A program made the translations under genes and the position numbers. A DNA stretch of 64,000 nucleotides from an uncultured Nitrososphaerales archaeon (GTDB taxonomy: Archaea; Thermoproteota; Nitrososphaeria; Nitrososphaerales; Nitrososphaeraceae): contig CAVPXM010000054.1 in the NCBI GenBank assembly GCA_963709405.1, positions 32,881 through 96,880 on the forward strand. Reading direction: 5' to 3'. This document shows, one piece after another, positions 21,045-31,347 of this stretch (position 1 is its first letter; each line of letters begins with the position of its first letter). The notes under the pieces are model-generated. The model worked only from the letters and a program-made list of their open reading frames with translations. It was not told where the DNA came from and ran no database searches.

Positions 21045-22100
21045 TTATGATGATGAAGACGAAGGCATATCCATAGACATCATCATATTGTCTGATGAAG
21101 ACGAAGGCATATCCATAGACATTCGCATCATTTCATCATCATCCTCCTCATCGCCGCTATTCATTGAATCGGATGGCAATGATATCAAAGCAGTTGCAGA
21201 CAGTATTCCGAGGGCAATAAAACCTATACCCGTAATTCTTGCGATCCAGAGACCCCCTCTGGTCCATACTTTCTCTGTAAAGATGATTGCCGCAAATAAT
21301 CCCATCCAGAGCACATTCATCCATCCGAGTGCTACCATAGGTAGAAAATAAGGCCAACAACAGCCAAGACAGTATAGACCGTGATACATTCCCATCTTCA
21401 ATGCTCCTGCTCTGCCCTTTTGCCAGCGTCTCATAAAGAAGCTGAGAGGAGATTCGCAATATCCAAGACACTTAGTTTTTAATGAGCTGAATTGATATAT
21501 GCCGGCCACGATCAGTACGATTCCATAAATAGTATTAGTCGATAATAGCTGTTGTTGTTGACTATCATTTAGTCCTAACTGTAGAAACAGTGTATCAAAG
21601 AAAAAGGACCAGCCAGCCAGTAGAACTATCCCTGTCAAGGCCCAGATAGCAAGATATGCTGATACAAAGAGAATGATATCAGGTGATTTTGATTTTGATT
21701 GCAATATGTTCCTCAATCTATGATTAATATTACTCTTGTCTCCACCTCCTTCTGCGAGATGTCCTATGCCATTGTTGGTAATACTATCATAGTTGAGATC
21801 GTTGCTGCTCCTGTGATATGCCATTTGACTATTACTATTACTATTACCTAGATTATTGTTGGGAGCATTATTCATGCTAATAAGTCGATTATAAACAAGG
21901 ATCATCTGTACTATAGCGGGGAACATCATAGCAGCCATTCCTGCTGTCCAAATTACCACAAATATAGATAGTGCTGCTGGATTGTGATAAAATGTCATCA
22001 TGGATGACATCATCGCGTCATATTGCCATATCGACACTAACCATGTCAACAAAGAAATCGATATTACGATTGCAATGATTATGAGAGCTGAGGTGTTCAT
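21045..22100 (-). CDS. DUF2182-family predicted metal-binding membrane protein
   Basis: MAAMMFP, GIYQFSSLKTKCLGYCESP, G.YCLGCCW..M..LG.MN..WM..EK. Confidence 0.88.
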   Translation of the reverse strand: MNTSALIIIAIVISISLLTWLVSIWQYDAMMSSMMTFYHNPAALSIFVVIWTAGMAAMMFPAIVQMILVYNRLISMNNAPNNNLGNSNSNSQMAYHRSSNDLNYDSITNNGIGHLAEGGGDKSNINHRLRNILQSKSKSPDIILFVSAYLAIWALTGIVLLAGWSFFFDTLFLQLGLNDSQQQQLLSTNTIYGIVLIVAGIYQFSSLKTKCLGYCESPLSFFMRRWQKGRAGALKMGMYHGLYCLGCCWPYFLPMVALGWMNVLWMGLFAAIIFTEKVWTRGGLWIARITGIGFIALGILSATALISLPSDSMNSGDEEDDDEMMRMSMDMPSSSSDNMMMSMDMPSSSSS

Positions 22101-22234
22101 ATCATCTTATTTTTTTCGAGCTAGAATTTAGTACCACTGTCTATTTATCTTTCTTCTGCATTACAGTCACATTTCACCATCTAAGTAGGACTTCAATTTA
22201 CGGTAATTCTCAGTTAAGGATTCTGTCAAATCCT

Positions 22235-22954
22235 TTAACTGTTGTATTCGTCATGGCGGCGGACCCAGAATTGAGGGAAATCGTGACCGGCCTCATCCCG
22301 GCCCTTGGGAACTAGATCAAGGTAGTGATATGCAACATTTAACATATCGATGCCACGAGCATAAGCTGAGTAGGTGTGAAACACGCGACCTCTGGGGTCC
22401 TTGAAAAATACGCTGACTCCTTCTCGCTCCGGGCTAGGGCTTGGCTTGTAGCGTGTATAGTTGTAGAATGCTTCATTCCTGGCTAACTGTTCCTGTGTGA
22501 AAGACACGTGGTAGTCAAAATTGAAATCTGTATCGTAGGAAGAGACCCACTTGAAATCCCATCCCATCCTCTTTTGGTACTCCGCAAGCTTGCTGTAAGG
22601 TGTCCGAGAAACAGCAATCATGGTCATATCTCTTTGGTTCAAGTGCACAATAATTCCATTGAAATTGTCCGCCCAAAAGGAACAATGCAAACATCCTGCT
22701 TCCCAGCTTGGATCAAACATAAAGTGATAGACTAATAGTTGGCTTCTTCCGTCAAAAAGTTCTGACAGGGTTTGTTTCCCATTCTGTCCCTCGAAGACAT
22801 ACTCTTTATTAACGGCCACCCATGGCAGATCACGTCGTTGCTGGCTAAGTTGATCCTGCAAAGTTGTGAACTCCTTTTCCTTCTTGAGGAGTGCTTTGCG
22901 AGCCTCGATCCATTCCTCATCTGAAACAGTCTTATGCATAGCCGTTCTATTCAT
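22235..22954 (-). CDS. DUF899-family thioredoxin-like protein
   Basis: W..ARKALL.KEKE.T, RRDLPW, LFDGRSQL.VYHFMF, CLHCS, FHTYSAYARG, LDLVPKGRDE. Confidence 0.92.
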   Translation of the reverse strand: MNRTAMHKTVSDEEWIEARKALLKKEKEFTTLQDQLSQQRRDLPWVAVNKEYVFEGQNGKQTLSELFDGRSQLLVYHFMFDPSWEAGCLHCSFWADNFNGIIVHLNQRDMTMIAVSRTPYSKLAEYQKRMGWDFKWVSSYDTDFNFDYHVSFTQEQLARNEAFYNYTRYKPSPSPEREGVSVFFKDPRGRVFHTYSAYARGIDMLNVAYHYLDLVPKGRDEAGHDFPQFWVRRHDEYNS

Positions 22955-22973
22955 GAAACAATAAAAACCATTG

Positions 22974-22987
22974 CTCCCCTTGGGGAG
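22974..22987. promoter_or_regulatory. Palindrome CTCCCC-TT-GGGGAG in a divergent promoter (candidate operator)
   Basis: Perfect 6-bp IR next to TTTATAA, between DUF899 and the wHTH gene. Confidence 0.4.
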
Positions 22988-23047
22988 GTTTATTTATAAG
23001 AAATGAAATAGTTATGTAATCTGCCACCCAAACCAAGACGGAACAAG

Positions 23048-23335
23048 ATGGAGTTATATAATGACATTCTCAAAGCCATTATGGATGAAATAACAAATGA
23101 CGATGATCGTGTGGCAAAACCTACAAGAGTACAGCTTCGCAGTAATCTTGCATACGATAAACTTGCTAGATATCTTGATGAGCTAGAAAGCAAGAAAATG
23201 ATATTACAAAGCCCACTTATGATAACCGAAAAAGGGAGAGACTTTCTACAAGACTATGATAGAATATCTAATTTTATCCTTGAAATGGGTATAAAATATT
23301 TAGATATGTTACATGATGAAATGAGAGGAGTTTAA
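23048..23335 (+). CDS. Winged-helix transcriptional regulator
   Basis: DILKAI..KPTRVQLRSNLAYDKLARYLDELE..ITEKGRDFL. Confidence 0.88.
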   Translation: MELYNDILKAIMDEITNDDDRVAKPTRVQLRSNLAYDKLARYLDELESKKMILQSPLMITEKGRDFLQDYDRISNFILEMGIKYLDMLHDEMRGV

Positions 23336-23342
23336 AAGAAAT

Positions 23343-23969
23343 ATGGATACTAAAAACAAGAACGATTTAAAAAATTATCGTCCAATGAAATTTGTTGATC
23401 AAATGGAAAGAAATAAACACATTCTTCTTTTGTACGACGATCAAAAATATGCATACTGGATAATAGGTAGATATTTTCACAACGGGTTTGCAAAAGGGGA
23501 ATCATGTATTTTCTATACGGCTGACAGACCTGAAATAATTGAAAAACAGCTATCCGCTGGGGGAATTGACGTAAACTTATTCAAACAGAAAAACCTATTA
23601 CGGATTTATGAAATAGAAAGTTCAGATGATAATAAGCACGATATGCTTCATACTCTTAATCAGATACGAGAAGAATCCAAAAAAAGCATGAAAGCCCCAT
23701 ACAGATTCGTTGGTGGAACAATAACGGATGTAGAAACAAAAGATGGAATGAAATTCAGCATTTTACTAGAAAAAACTGGGCATCAGCATTTTGATGAATT
23801 TAATTATTCTCAAATATGTTATTACGATATCTCTAAAATAGAGCCCACAAGAAAACATGAATGGATTAGTTCACTTTTGAGAAATCATCACTATGTTATT
23901 TATGCATCAGAACCAAATAAGGCAGTAGCATTTGAAACCGTGTTACTTGAACAAGACGATAATATGTAG
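23343..23969 (+). CDS. MEDS (DcmR-like) sensory domain protein
   Basis: HILLLY..YFHNG..KGESCIFY..GIDV..LLE..CYYD..L.NHHYVI. Confidence 0.8.
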   Translation: MDTKNKNDLKNYRPMKFVDQMERNKHILLLYDDQKYAYWIIGRYFHNGFAKGESCIFYTADRPEIIEKQLSAGGIDVNLFKQKNLLRIYEIESSDDNKHDMLHTLNQIREESKKSMKAPYRFVGGTITDVETKDGMKFSILLEKTGHQHFDEFNYSQICYYDISKIEPTRKHEWISSLLRNHHYVIYASEPNKAVAFETVLLEQDDNM

Positions 23970-24494
23970 ATCGTTAGGCGTACATACCTATTATACACTA
24001 TAAACTGTGGATTACAAGTGAATAGACTCAAGGGGCTCAATGGTATTTCTTATTTAGCTTTTCTTTTTGAGATGTCATTTCATATCTCTATTTTCTGATC
24101 AATTGTCCGTTCGTATTATAGATGTCTCCTGTCAAATGTAATTCAGCTGCATTTATAGACATATAATAAAAAGTATTTATCCTAGCATAAAGGTACGTAT
24201 GTATGTATTTAACTAATATTATAACTAGACCTCTTTATCAATATAAATATCAATTTGCTATTTGTGAATCATGTTTTTGGTGTCCAACTGTATTTCATAC
24301 ATCAATAATAAAACAAGAGTAGGAAGAATATGTTTACCAAAGGAGCGGAACTTACGATCGTCTGGACAACAAGACGGTTTTAATTAGTCTATAAATGGAC
24401 ATAGACAATTTTGACTGAAGATGATGTAATTGAATATTTGTTGCTATAGTCGCATCTACAGCCTCTGTGAACGTCACGTCGAGGTTGGATTCAT

Positions 24495-24640
24495 TTTTAC
24501 ATCCACCAAATAACTCAGTACATTTATGCCATCCGTGTTAGGGTGTCAATAAAACCCTCTTGCTTAGGATTATCTTCTATATCTATGAATAGGTGTCGAA
24601 GTAATTTTTCGACTCTTATCTTTGCCAAAATTATGCTTTC
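24495..24640 (-). pseudogene. folE: GTP cyclohydrolase I N-terminal remnant
   Basis: IRVEKLLRHLFIDIEDNPKQEGFIDTLTRMA*MY resembles the FolE N-terminus (EDP.REGL.ETP.RVA.MY). Confidence 0.55.
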
Positions 24641-24789
24641 CCTGTTCGTAATTACAATCAGGGATCCTTTGCTTATGTCTTGCCGCATGCTTCCCATATA
24701 ATACCATCATTAGCACAGTTACTGTTACTGTTACAAAATTAGGTCTCATTTCTTGACGTGTGTTAGCTCGTAATGTTGAATCTCTTCTA

Positions 24790-24806
24790 CACCAATTAAG
24801 ATAAGT
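24790..24806 (+). repeat. Solo IS630-A terminal repeat
   Basis: TA + CACCAATTAAGATAAGT identical to 16064-16080; no transposase follows. Confidence 0.8.
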
Positions 24807-24809
24807 TCA

Positions 24810-25400
24810 TTTTCCGAGTACATCAGGATTGATCAGTTGATCGTTTCTGTTACCCAATAAATCATGATATTGGTGAGTAATTCGTCTTTTGTAAACCTGT
24901 TTTCAATACCGCCCTGCAATCGCTCCAAGCATAGAACTTTTCGACAATCCACGATACCAAGCCAGCTGGAGAATCGTTCAAGCCTAACACGATATATCCT
25001 TAATCCTTACTTATGGAAATGGCCCTTATTATCGGCCATTTTTACTTTGAGCAACCATTCCGCCCAGCGACCGTCCGGCAATGATGATTTTTGTCAGCTT
25101 TAAAACCTCCGCAACATCTTTGACATCTTTGACATCTTTTGCCATCGATAAAATATCTGTTGCGCATGAACCTGTTGATAATCCAATGCCGTTGTAGTCG
25201 ATAGTTATGACATTGGACTTTGAAGCTAAAGCGTCAAGGAAGCATGGATCCCACGTATCTTAATTTCCTCGAAATCGATTTACCATAATAATAGGCAAAC
25301 CTTTACCAATCGAACGATAAGCAATTTTTCTGGCTGCCGGTTTCAACAAACTTCGTCTTTGTATTAACAGCTTCTAAAGAAGAATCGACATCCATTGGAC
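24810..25400 (-). pseudogene. Alpha/beta hydrolase remnant
   Basis: KIAYRSIGKGLPIIMVNRFRGN*DTWDP..TIDYNGIGLS..GRSLGGMVAQ with stops and frameshifts. Confidence 0.8.
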
Positions 25401-25549
25401 CGTCGCTGGGATTTATTATTTTGTTTTTCACGCTTATAATAATAAGTAACTAAGTAAATAAATCAGAAAGTTACAATTATGTAGTATACATACCAAGTGG
25501 TAACCACTAATTTAATATACCCAGTTTCACTACAATTGTAGGTTACAAA

Positions 25550-25780
25550 ATGTCAGAAGATGCAGTGGTTGACTGGGAATCCATTATCCATAAGAATGTA
25601 AGATCCAAGGACGGCCAAGATGCTGGAAATGTGGATGCAATAGAAGGAGGTACAGTAGTAATTACAAGTGAAGGAGACCGCAAAGAATACAATCTACCAA
25701 AATCGCAGGTAGAAGGATATGATGGTGCAGAAGTCTCTTTGAAAATTACTTTCGGAGAATTAGAGAAATATAAAGTTTAA
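25550..25780 (+). CDS. Small PRC-barrel-like protein
   Basis: DWESIIHKNVRSKDGQDAGNV..YNLPKSQVEGYDG; TTTAATATA box upstream, T-tract downstream. Confidence 0.75.
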   Translation: MSEDAVVDWESIIHKNVRSKDGQDAGNVDAIEGGTVVITSEGDRKEYNLPKSQVEGYDGAEVSLKITFGELEKYKV

Positions 25781-25921
25781 ACTGCAGATTTCCAAGCTTT
25801 TTTTATCTTTCCTTTTCCATCATTTTCTTGTTTTTCTGATCTGATTATAATATGTAAAGTCTATGAGAGTAGTTATGCTTTTACGAATTGCATAACTACT
25901 GGGACCAACAAAAAGTATCAC

Positions 25922-26218
25922 CTAACTGTTATTGTCTTTCAGCCTGGGCATAAACTCTAATTCTACTCCAAGCTCGTCATTATAATCAAATGTAAATGAT
26001 TTATTTGTCAAGATAGGAAGACTAGATAATTCATTATTATTTGCATTACACTGAGGACAGTTATTATGTGCTGGTATTCTAGTCTTATCAAAATAGGTTG
26101 CACACCAGTAACAGGTGTCACATAAAATGAATTTTGGTGGTGATGATAGACAGCGATCTCTTGTTTTAGCAATTGAGCTTTGAGGTTCATAATTAGTTAG
26201 AGTTGAGCCTTTTAACAT
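25922..26218 (-). CDS. Small zinc-ribbon protein
   Basis: FILCDTCYWCAT..CPQC..LSSLPI..GVELEF. Confidence 0.75.
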   Translation of the reverse strand: MLKGSTLTNYEPQSSIAKTRDRCLSSPPKFILCDTCYWCATYFDKTRIPAHNNCPQCNANNNELSSLPILTNKSFTFDYNDELGVELEFMPRLKDNNS

Positions 26219-26442
26219 TTATTGCAAAAAATGCCAAATAATGGCATATAAATTAATTGTATAGAGTCTATGTGATTCAATACTGCAGATAGTGATCTAT
26301 ATACCATCACATCGTTAACCAGTAACATTCAATTTCCGAAAAAGAAGTCTAATGATTCTTCTCATTATTGAACGGCTAAACCAATCACTTTTCCCAGTCG
26401 CAAACTAAGCACGTTTCCATTGGCAATAGAGGTATAATTACT

Positions 26443-27480
26443 TGTTGTACTTACACAGATAGGTTACATTTTTGATTACCTACATGGGTTACACTTTGCT
26501 GCTTGTTATTGTACATACTGTGGATGTAATTAATTCTTTGTAGAAACATCTCTGATGGAGTAAGACCATTAATCCCTCCGTGTTCTCTAGTTTCGTTGTA
26601 GGCTTTTACAAAGATATCATATCTTAGTTTTCCATCATTTATGTTTGGTATATCTTCTATTGCTAGGAACTCATTCTTCACTATCTTGTTATATGCTTCC
26701 ACTTTACCCTGAAGCTGCGGATAGCGATTTGGTATTCGTTTATCCTTTATCTGATTGTGTACAAGGAAATGTCTGAATATGTTAGATGTAAACTGCTTTC
26801 CACTATCATGCATTACTCTATCAGGTTTGCCGTTGATCACTATCCAATCCTCTAATACATTAAGAACATCTACTGACCTCTTCCTTTCAGACCATCTGCT
26901 AGCTACTTTTCTTGAACAGTCGTCTAGGCAGCTAATGATGTAATTCCTTTGACTAGAATTACTCAGATAGAAAGGGCCAAGGATATCCATCTGTACCATC
27001 TCATTTGGATGCTTCATGACAAACCGTTTGTAAGTTCTTGTTTTGGCCTTACACTTGAGGATATTAAGCCCATGTCTCTTTAGTATCTTGTATATGGTTC
27101 TGGTGCTTAATGAGATTCCAATAACCTTTCTCAATCTAAACTTGATCCTGCTGTACATCCAAACCTTTTGGTTAATCGTAGATCAAGTATTGTCTCCTGT
27201 ATTTCAGATGTTATCTTCTTGTACTTGATATTATGAGGTCTTCTTGAGTTATCGGATAGACCTTCTATCCCTTTCTGTTTGTATCTGTTATTCCACTTGT
27301 AGTAAGTCTTTCTGGATACACCGTATCTTTTACAAATATTAGATACTGTATCACCAGTCCATTCTTTCTCATGTGTTAGATTAAACCTTGTATTGATTTC
27401 TATATGGATTCACTTCCTGACAGCAGAAGTGTAACCCATCTGTGTAAGCTATAATGTCACCTATGTTAGGAAGTACAACA
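26443..27480 (-). mobile_element. IS481-family element copy 2 (transposase disrupted)
   Basis: TGTTGTACTT / AAGTACAACA IRs; perfect 6-bp TSD ATTACT (26437-26442, 27481-27486); DDE ORF 26451-27158 with the HTH part out of frame. Confidence 0.93.
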
Positions 27481-28098
27481 ATTACTACATAAATAAATTC
27501 GAACGCTTTATAGTTCTTCGTTACATAGGAAAAAGATACGTGCGTGGTGGCACGGATGGTGAATTACCGATTCTCCAGTGGTAGGGCTCCCTCGTCCTGG
27601 TACTGGAATCTGTGTATAAATCTTCCAGAAAAAAGTTAAGCTCTCTACGTTCACGATCTTCTTTAAAAACAGAATCTCATTTTCCCATCTACAGATGCTT
27701 CTAAATGACGTACATTCAAAGATTTGACGGGCTAGGTTTCAAAACTGGAATGAAATTATGTGAATGGGCTATTCATTTAACGATTTGTAATTGCTTGTCA
27801 TGATAACCTATCCACAAACTAGGCATGTGTCCACACACTCCCACCAACCATAAAATTGGCTTTTGGACATACTTGTCAATCAGCGACAAATACTGCTTTG
27901 TTGCATAATTCAGAAAGATCGTCATCTTGCAATGCTTTTAGTACTTCTCAGGAATAGGCCAAATGCGGATTACTCCTTTTTAGCTGAATGTTTCAAAGTT
28001 AGTTGACTAATATCGGATTCGTGCATCTATGTAAAAGTCCCTCCATGGCTAGCATATCCTACTATTATCTAATGCTGCCTAGACCAGTCTTTATTATC

Positions 28099-29189
28099 TT
28101 AGTGTTGGATCCTCTTAAGTTTTGTTTCGTATAGGCCAATCTTTCTTTCATTGTATAGTTTCTTGTATGTTAGCATATGCCACATTATAGTGCATATCTT
28201 ATTTGCAACATGTGTTATTGCAATGTGACGCCCATGTCTTTTGGCCAGCCTTAGATAGAATTTCCTTAATCTACTGTCAGTTCTAGATGCAGTATTGGCT
28301 GCTTCAATTAATATCCATCTTACCTTTTTATTACCATCTTTCATCCTTCCCATATACAATGGGTTTCCAGATTGATGTACTGATGGACATAATCCAGCCC
28401 ATGATACAAGTTTTTGAGGTGAACTAAATCTGTTAATATCGCCAATTTCAGATGATATCATCATTGCAGAGAAATAATTTATTCCTGTCATACTCATCAA
28501 TATTTTAACTGATTCATTATTTGATGCGTCTATCCTTTCTTTGATTCAATATTTTTGATCTCTGTAGTAAGAAATTCAATCTGCTCAATGTACTCATGCA
28601 GCAAAATCTGGTCATTGCCAGTTACTTTTAGATCCCTTAGCCATTGTAATCCCTTTATTCCAAATATCTTGGAATAATTAAAGTTCATATCATCATATTT
28701 ATCAAGTAATGAATGTGTTCTATTAATTACTCTGGTTCTATCCTGTACCAAATTTGTTCTTAGCCTGAGTAATGACCTATCTCCTCTAGTCTCTCTGTCT
28801 GCAATGTAACATTCAGCTACAACAAGATCTGATCTAAGTAGATGTGCAAGTGTTCTAGCATCAAGTTTATCGGTCTTTATTATTCTTGCCTCAGCAATGG
28901 CCTTAGTTTTCAAAGGATTAGCCAGTTTAACATCAATATTATGTTTCTCAAATGCCTGGTATGTCTTTAGCCAAAGGTTACCTGTAGATTCACAGACTGC
29001 TTTAGACATACCATCACCATGCTTCCTCTTAATGGATGAAGCAAATGATTCAGCTTGTTCCAACGTATTATTGTAATTGGTTTCTTTGATTATGGAACCA
29101 TTCGAATCCATTATACAAACTACACAATTCCGTTTTCCAATATCTACTCCTATATAGTTCAGTGATCCTTTCTTTTTCCTATGTGGTAT
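28099..29189 (-). pseudogene. IS110-family recombinase, frameshifted near 28530
   Basis: YIGVDIGK, VCESTG, KTDKLDA, SEIGDINRF, WAGLCPSVHQSG; GGAGGTGA SD followed by ATA at 29189. Confidence 0.9.
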
Positions 29190-29224
29190 CCTCTTTTCTC
29201 ACCTCCTTCTCTTTTTTTCAGTAT

Positions 29225-29345
29225 GGATAGCTGGACTAAGCTGCATACATCTATCAGAGCTCGAGGCTCACTTTGACAGGAGCTTGTAGGTACGCCCCAT
29301 TCAACAGACTAGACCTATGTGGTCATGCACGATGAGGGGTCAGCT
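29225..29345 (-). ncRNA. Predicted bridge/seek RNA of the second IS110 element
   Basis: Loop 1 TCGTGCA..TGTTG matches target; loop 2 CTGTCA..ATAGATG matches donor junction; shares GTGAGCCTCGA with the first RNA; ends approximate. Confidence 0.72.
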
Positions 29346-30279
29346 AACCATATTGATTATAGAGGGCGACTTTTACATGTCTTTCAACAAAGCAACAAAT
29401 ACGACAGATTAAAATGGCTATGGTTGGAATATTTGACGTCTCCTTAATTATAGATGTAAATTTCATATTTTTGTATCAGATTTACGTGTTCTAAACACAA
29501 ACTTCAATCCCCAGAAGAATTTGGATCGCAGAGTTGGAATCATACCTAGCGTGCCGCGATTGCTGCGGGCCGACACATCATATCTGATATTCACCACTAG
29601 CTATATGATGACATTGTTTAAGTTGGACTTACTGTTGCGTAACGGATAGACAATGAGAAATCAAAATTTAGAAAGATCTTTAAGTTTGGGTAATTCAATG
29701 ACGAAGTTAATCTACCATCACCTATCTGCTTGTCATCACAAAGAATTTTTGGACATTTCTTAAAATTATCTCAGAAATTACTATATTATTCGTATATGCA
29801 CTTGATCTTCAGCTTTTAATAATGCTAAGTCCGTAGTTATTGCATCTTCTATATCATTAATTGATCCATGTATAATAAATTTATAGGCCTTTGCACTTTT
29901 TGTGTTAGATGTGTATCACTACGATCCGTATAGAAAATCCGAATCTCCCTTGAGGCCCGGTGGCATAAGCTCGCCGATTGTTCCGACAACGTATTCATGG
30001 TCGATTTACAGAATAATCGAATACAAAAGTTCACACACACAAATAATGGTGGTTTTATAACGAAGTGTTTTTTCTGCAATTAATCGTTTTCGACATTTTG
30101 ATTTATCTGCCTGATAAAGGAAGATACTGAATCACGATTTACATATTCTGATTTCATTTGTGACAAATAATCAGTTATTATTGTCTACTTGATAGATGAT
30201 AATGTTGATCCTAACAACACTATAGATCTAATAATCTATATTGGTAGTGCCTATTAAAGTCGTTATGATATTCTAATTT

Positions 30280-31347
30280 ATGGAGATCAAACTAGATGAT
30301 AAAGATAATTCAAAATGGTTGTCAAGACCAGACTCTAATTTGCAACCTCAATCTCAAAAATATAAAACACAGCAGAATATGAATTGTTCGCACAAAGATA
30401 GTCCAGATAATGATATTACTTATCATGACTATGTTGATAATAATAATACCAGTTGTTCCCTTTGCAAGAGTACGGCCACTATTTTTGATTCTAACACTGG
30501 AGAAATCATATGCAGCATTTGTGGAATGGTGATTCATGATTATATGGAATCTCTTGAGCCTGAATGGAGAAACTTTTCAGATCGTGGTATGGTGGAAATA
30601 AGCAAAAAAATTAGAACTGGCAGGCCGATCTCTCTTGCTCTTTATGATAAGGGCTTGTCGACTCATATATCATATTCAAATGTGGATGCAAATGGTGATA
30701 CTATAAATCCAATACAAACTCCCATAGTAGAGAGAATTCGCCGTTGGGATAAGATCTCTAGCTTTAATAATAACAGTTCTGCCAGAAACCTGAAATATGC
30801 ATTTGAAGTTATGTCAAGAATTAAAGACAAGCTATCTTTAACTGATGCGGTAATAGAGAAAGCTGCATATTTCTATCGTAGAGCTCTCGTTAAGAAATTA
30901 ATACAAGGCAGATCGATCGAATCCATGGTCGTTGCTTCCGTATATGCTGCTTGCAGAAAATTAAATGTTCCACGAAAGCTTGATGAAATATCCGGAACCA
31001 TAAATGATGATAAGGTATTTGCAGGTAAATGTTATCGTCTGCTATTAAGAGATCTAAAGATTCAAAATATTCCGATAATAGATTCAACCAACTATCTGTC
31101 CAAAATTGCAAGTAAGGCTAAAGTAAGTGAAAAAACATACAGGAGGGCTCTCGAAATGTTGGCCACAGTAAAGAAAAATCATATATCTTCTGGCAAAGAC
31201 CCTAGCGCATTAGCATCCGCTATATTATATGCTGCCTGCTTGGAAGAAGATGAGAAGATGACCCAAGCACAGTTGGCTTTTGCTGGAAATACAAGTGCAG
31301 TAAGCATAAGACATAGATTTATAGATATTAAACAAATTCTTCAGTAA
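30280..31347 (+). CDS. tfb: Transcription initiation factor IIB (divergent paralog 2)
   Basis: CSLC..DSNTGEIICSICG, EPEWRNF, LIQGRSIE, GKDPSALA; N-terminal extension, divergent HTH. Confidence 0.93.
   Translation: MEIKLDDKDNSKWLSRPDSNLQPQSQKYKTQQNMNCSHKDSPDNDITYHDYVDNNNTSCSLCKSTATIFDSNTGEIICSICGMVIHDYMESLEPEWRNFSDRGMVEISKKIRTGRPISLALYDKGLSTHISYSNVDANGDTINPIQTPIVERIRRWDKISSFNNNSSARNLKYAFEVMSRIKDKLSLTDAVIEKAAYFYRRALVKKLIQGRSIESMVVASVYAACRKLNVPRKLDEISGTINDDKVFAGKCYRLLLRDLKIQNIPIIDSTNYLSKIASKAKVSEKTYRRALEMLATVKKNHISSGKDPSALASAILYAACLEEDEKMTQAQLAFAGNTSAVSIRHRFIDIKQILQ

Larger units (their letters stand above)
28026..29386 (-). mobile_element. IS110-family element with 5' non-coding region and sub-terminal IRs
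   Basis: CA core at 28024-28025 and 29385-29386; IRs ATGTAAAAGTC (28029-28039) / GACTTTTACAT (29368-29378); empty-site homolog around 31620. Confidence 0.88.

Noticed and set aside
29520-29580. GGATCGCAGAGTTGGAATC resembling a tRNA T-arm or attR of tRNA-Gly
   Set aside because: Too many mismatches, opposite orientation to the tRNA, and no integrase
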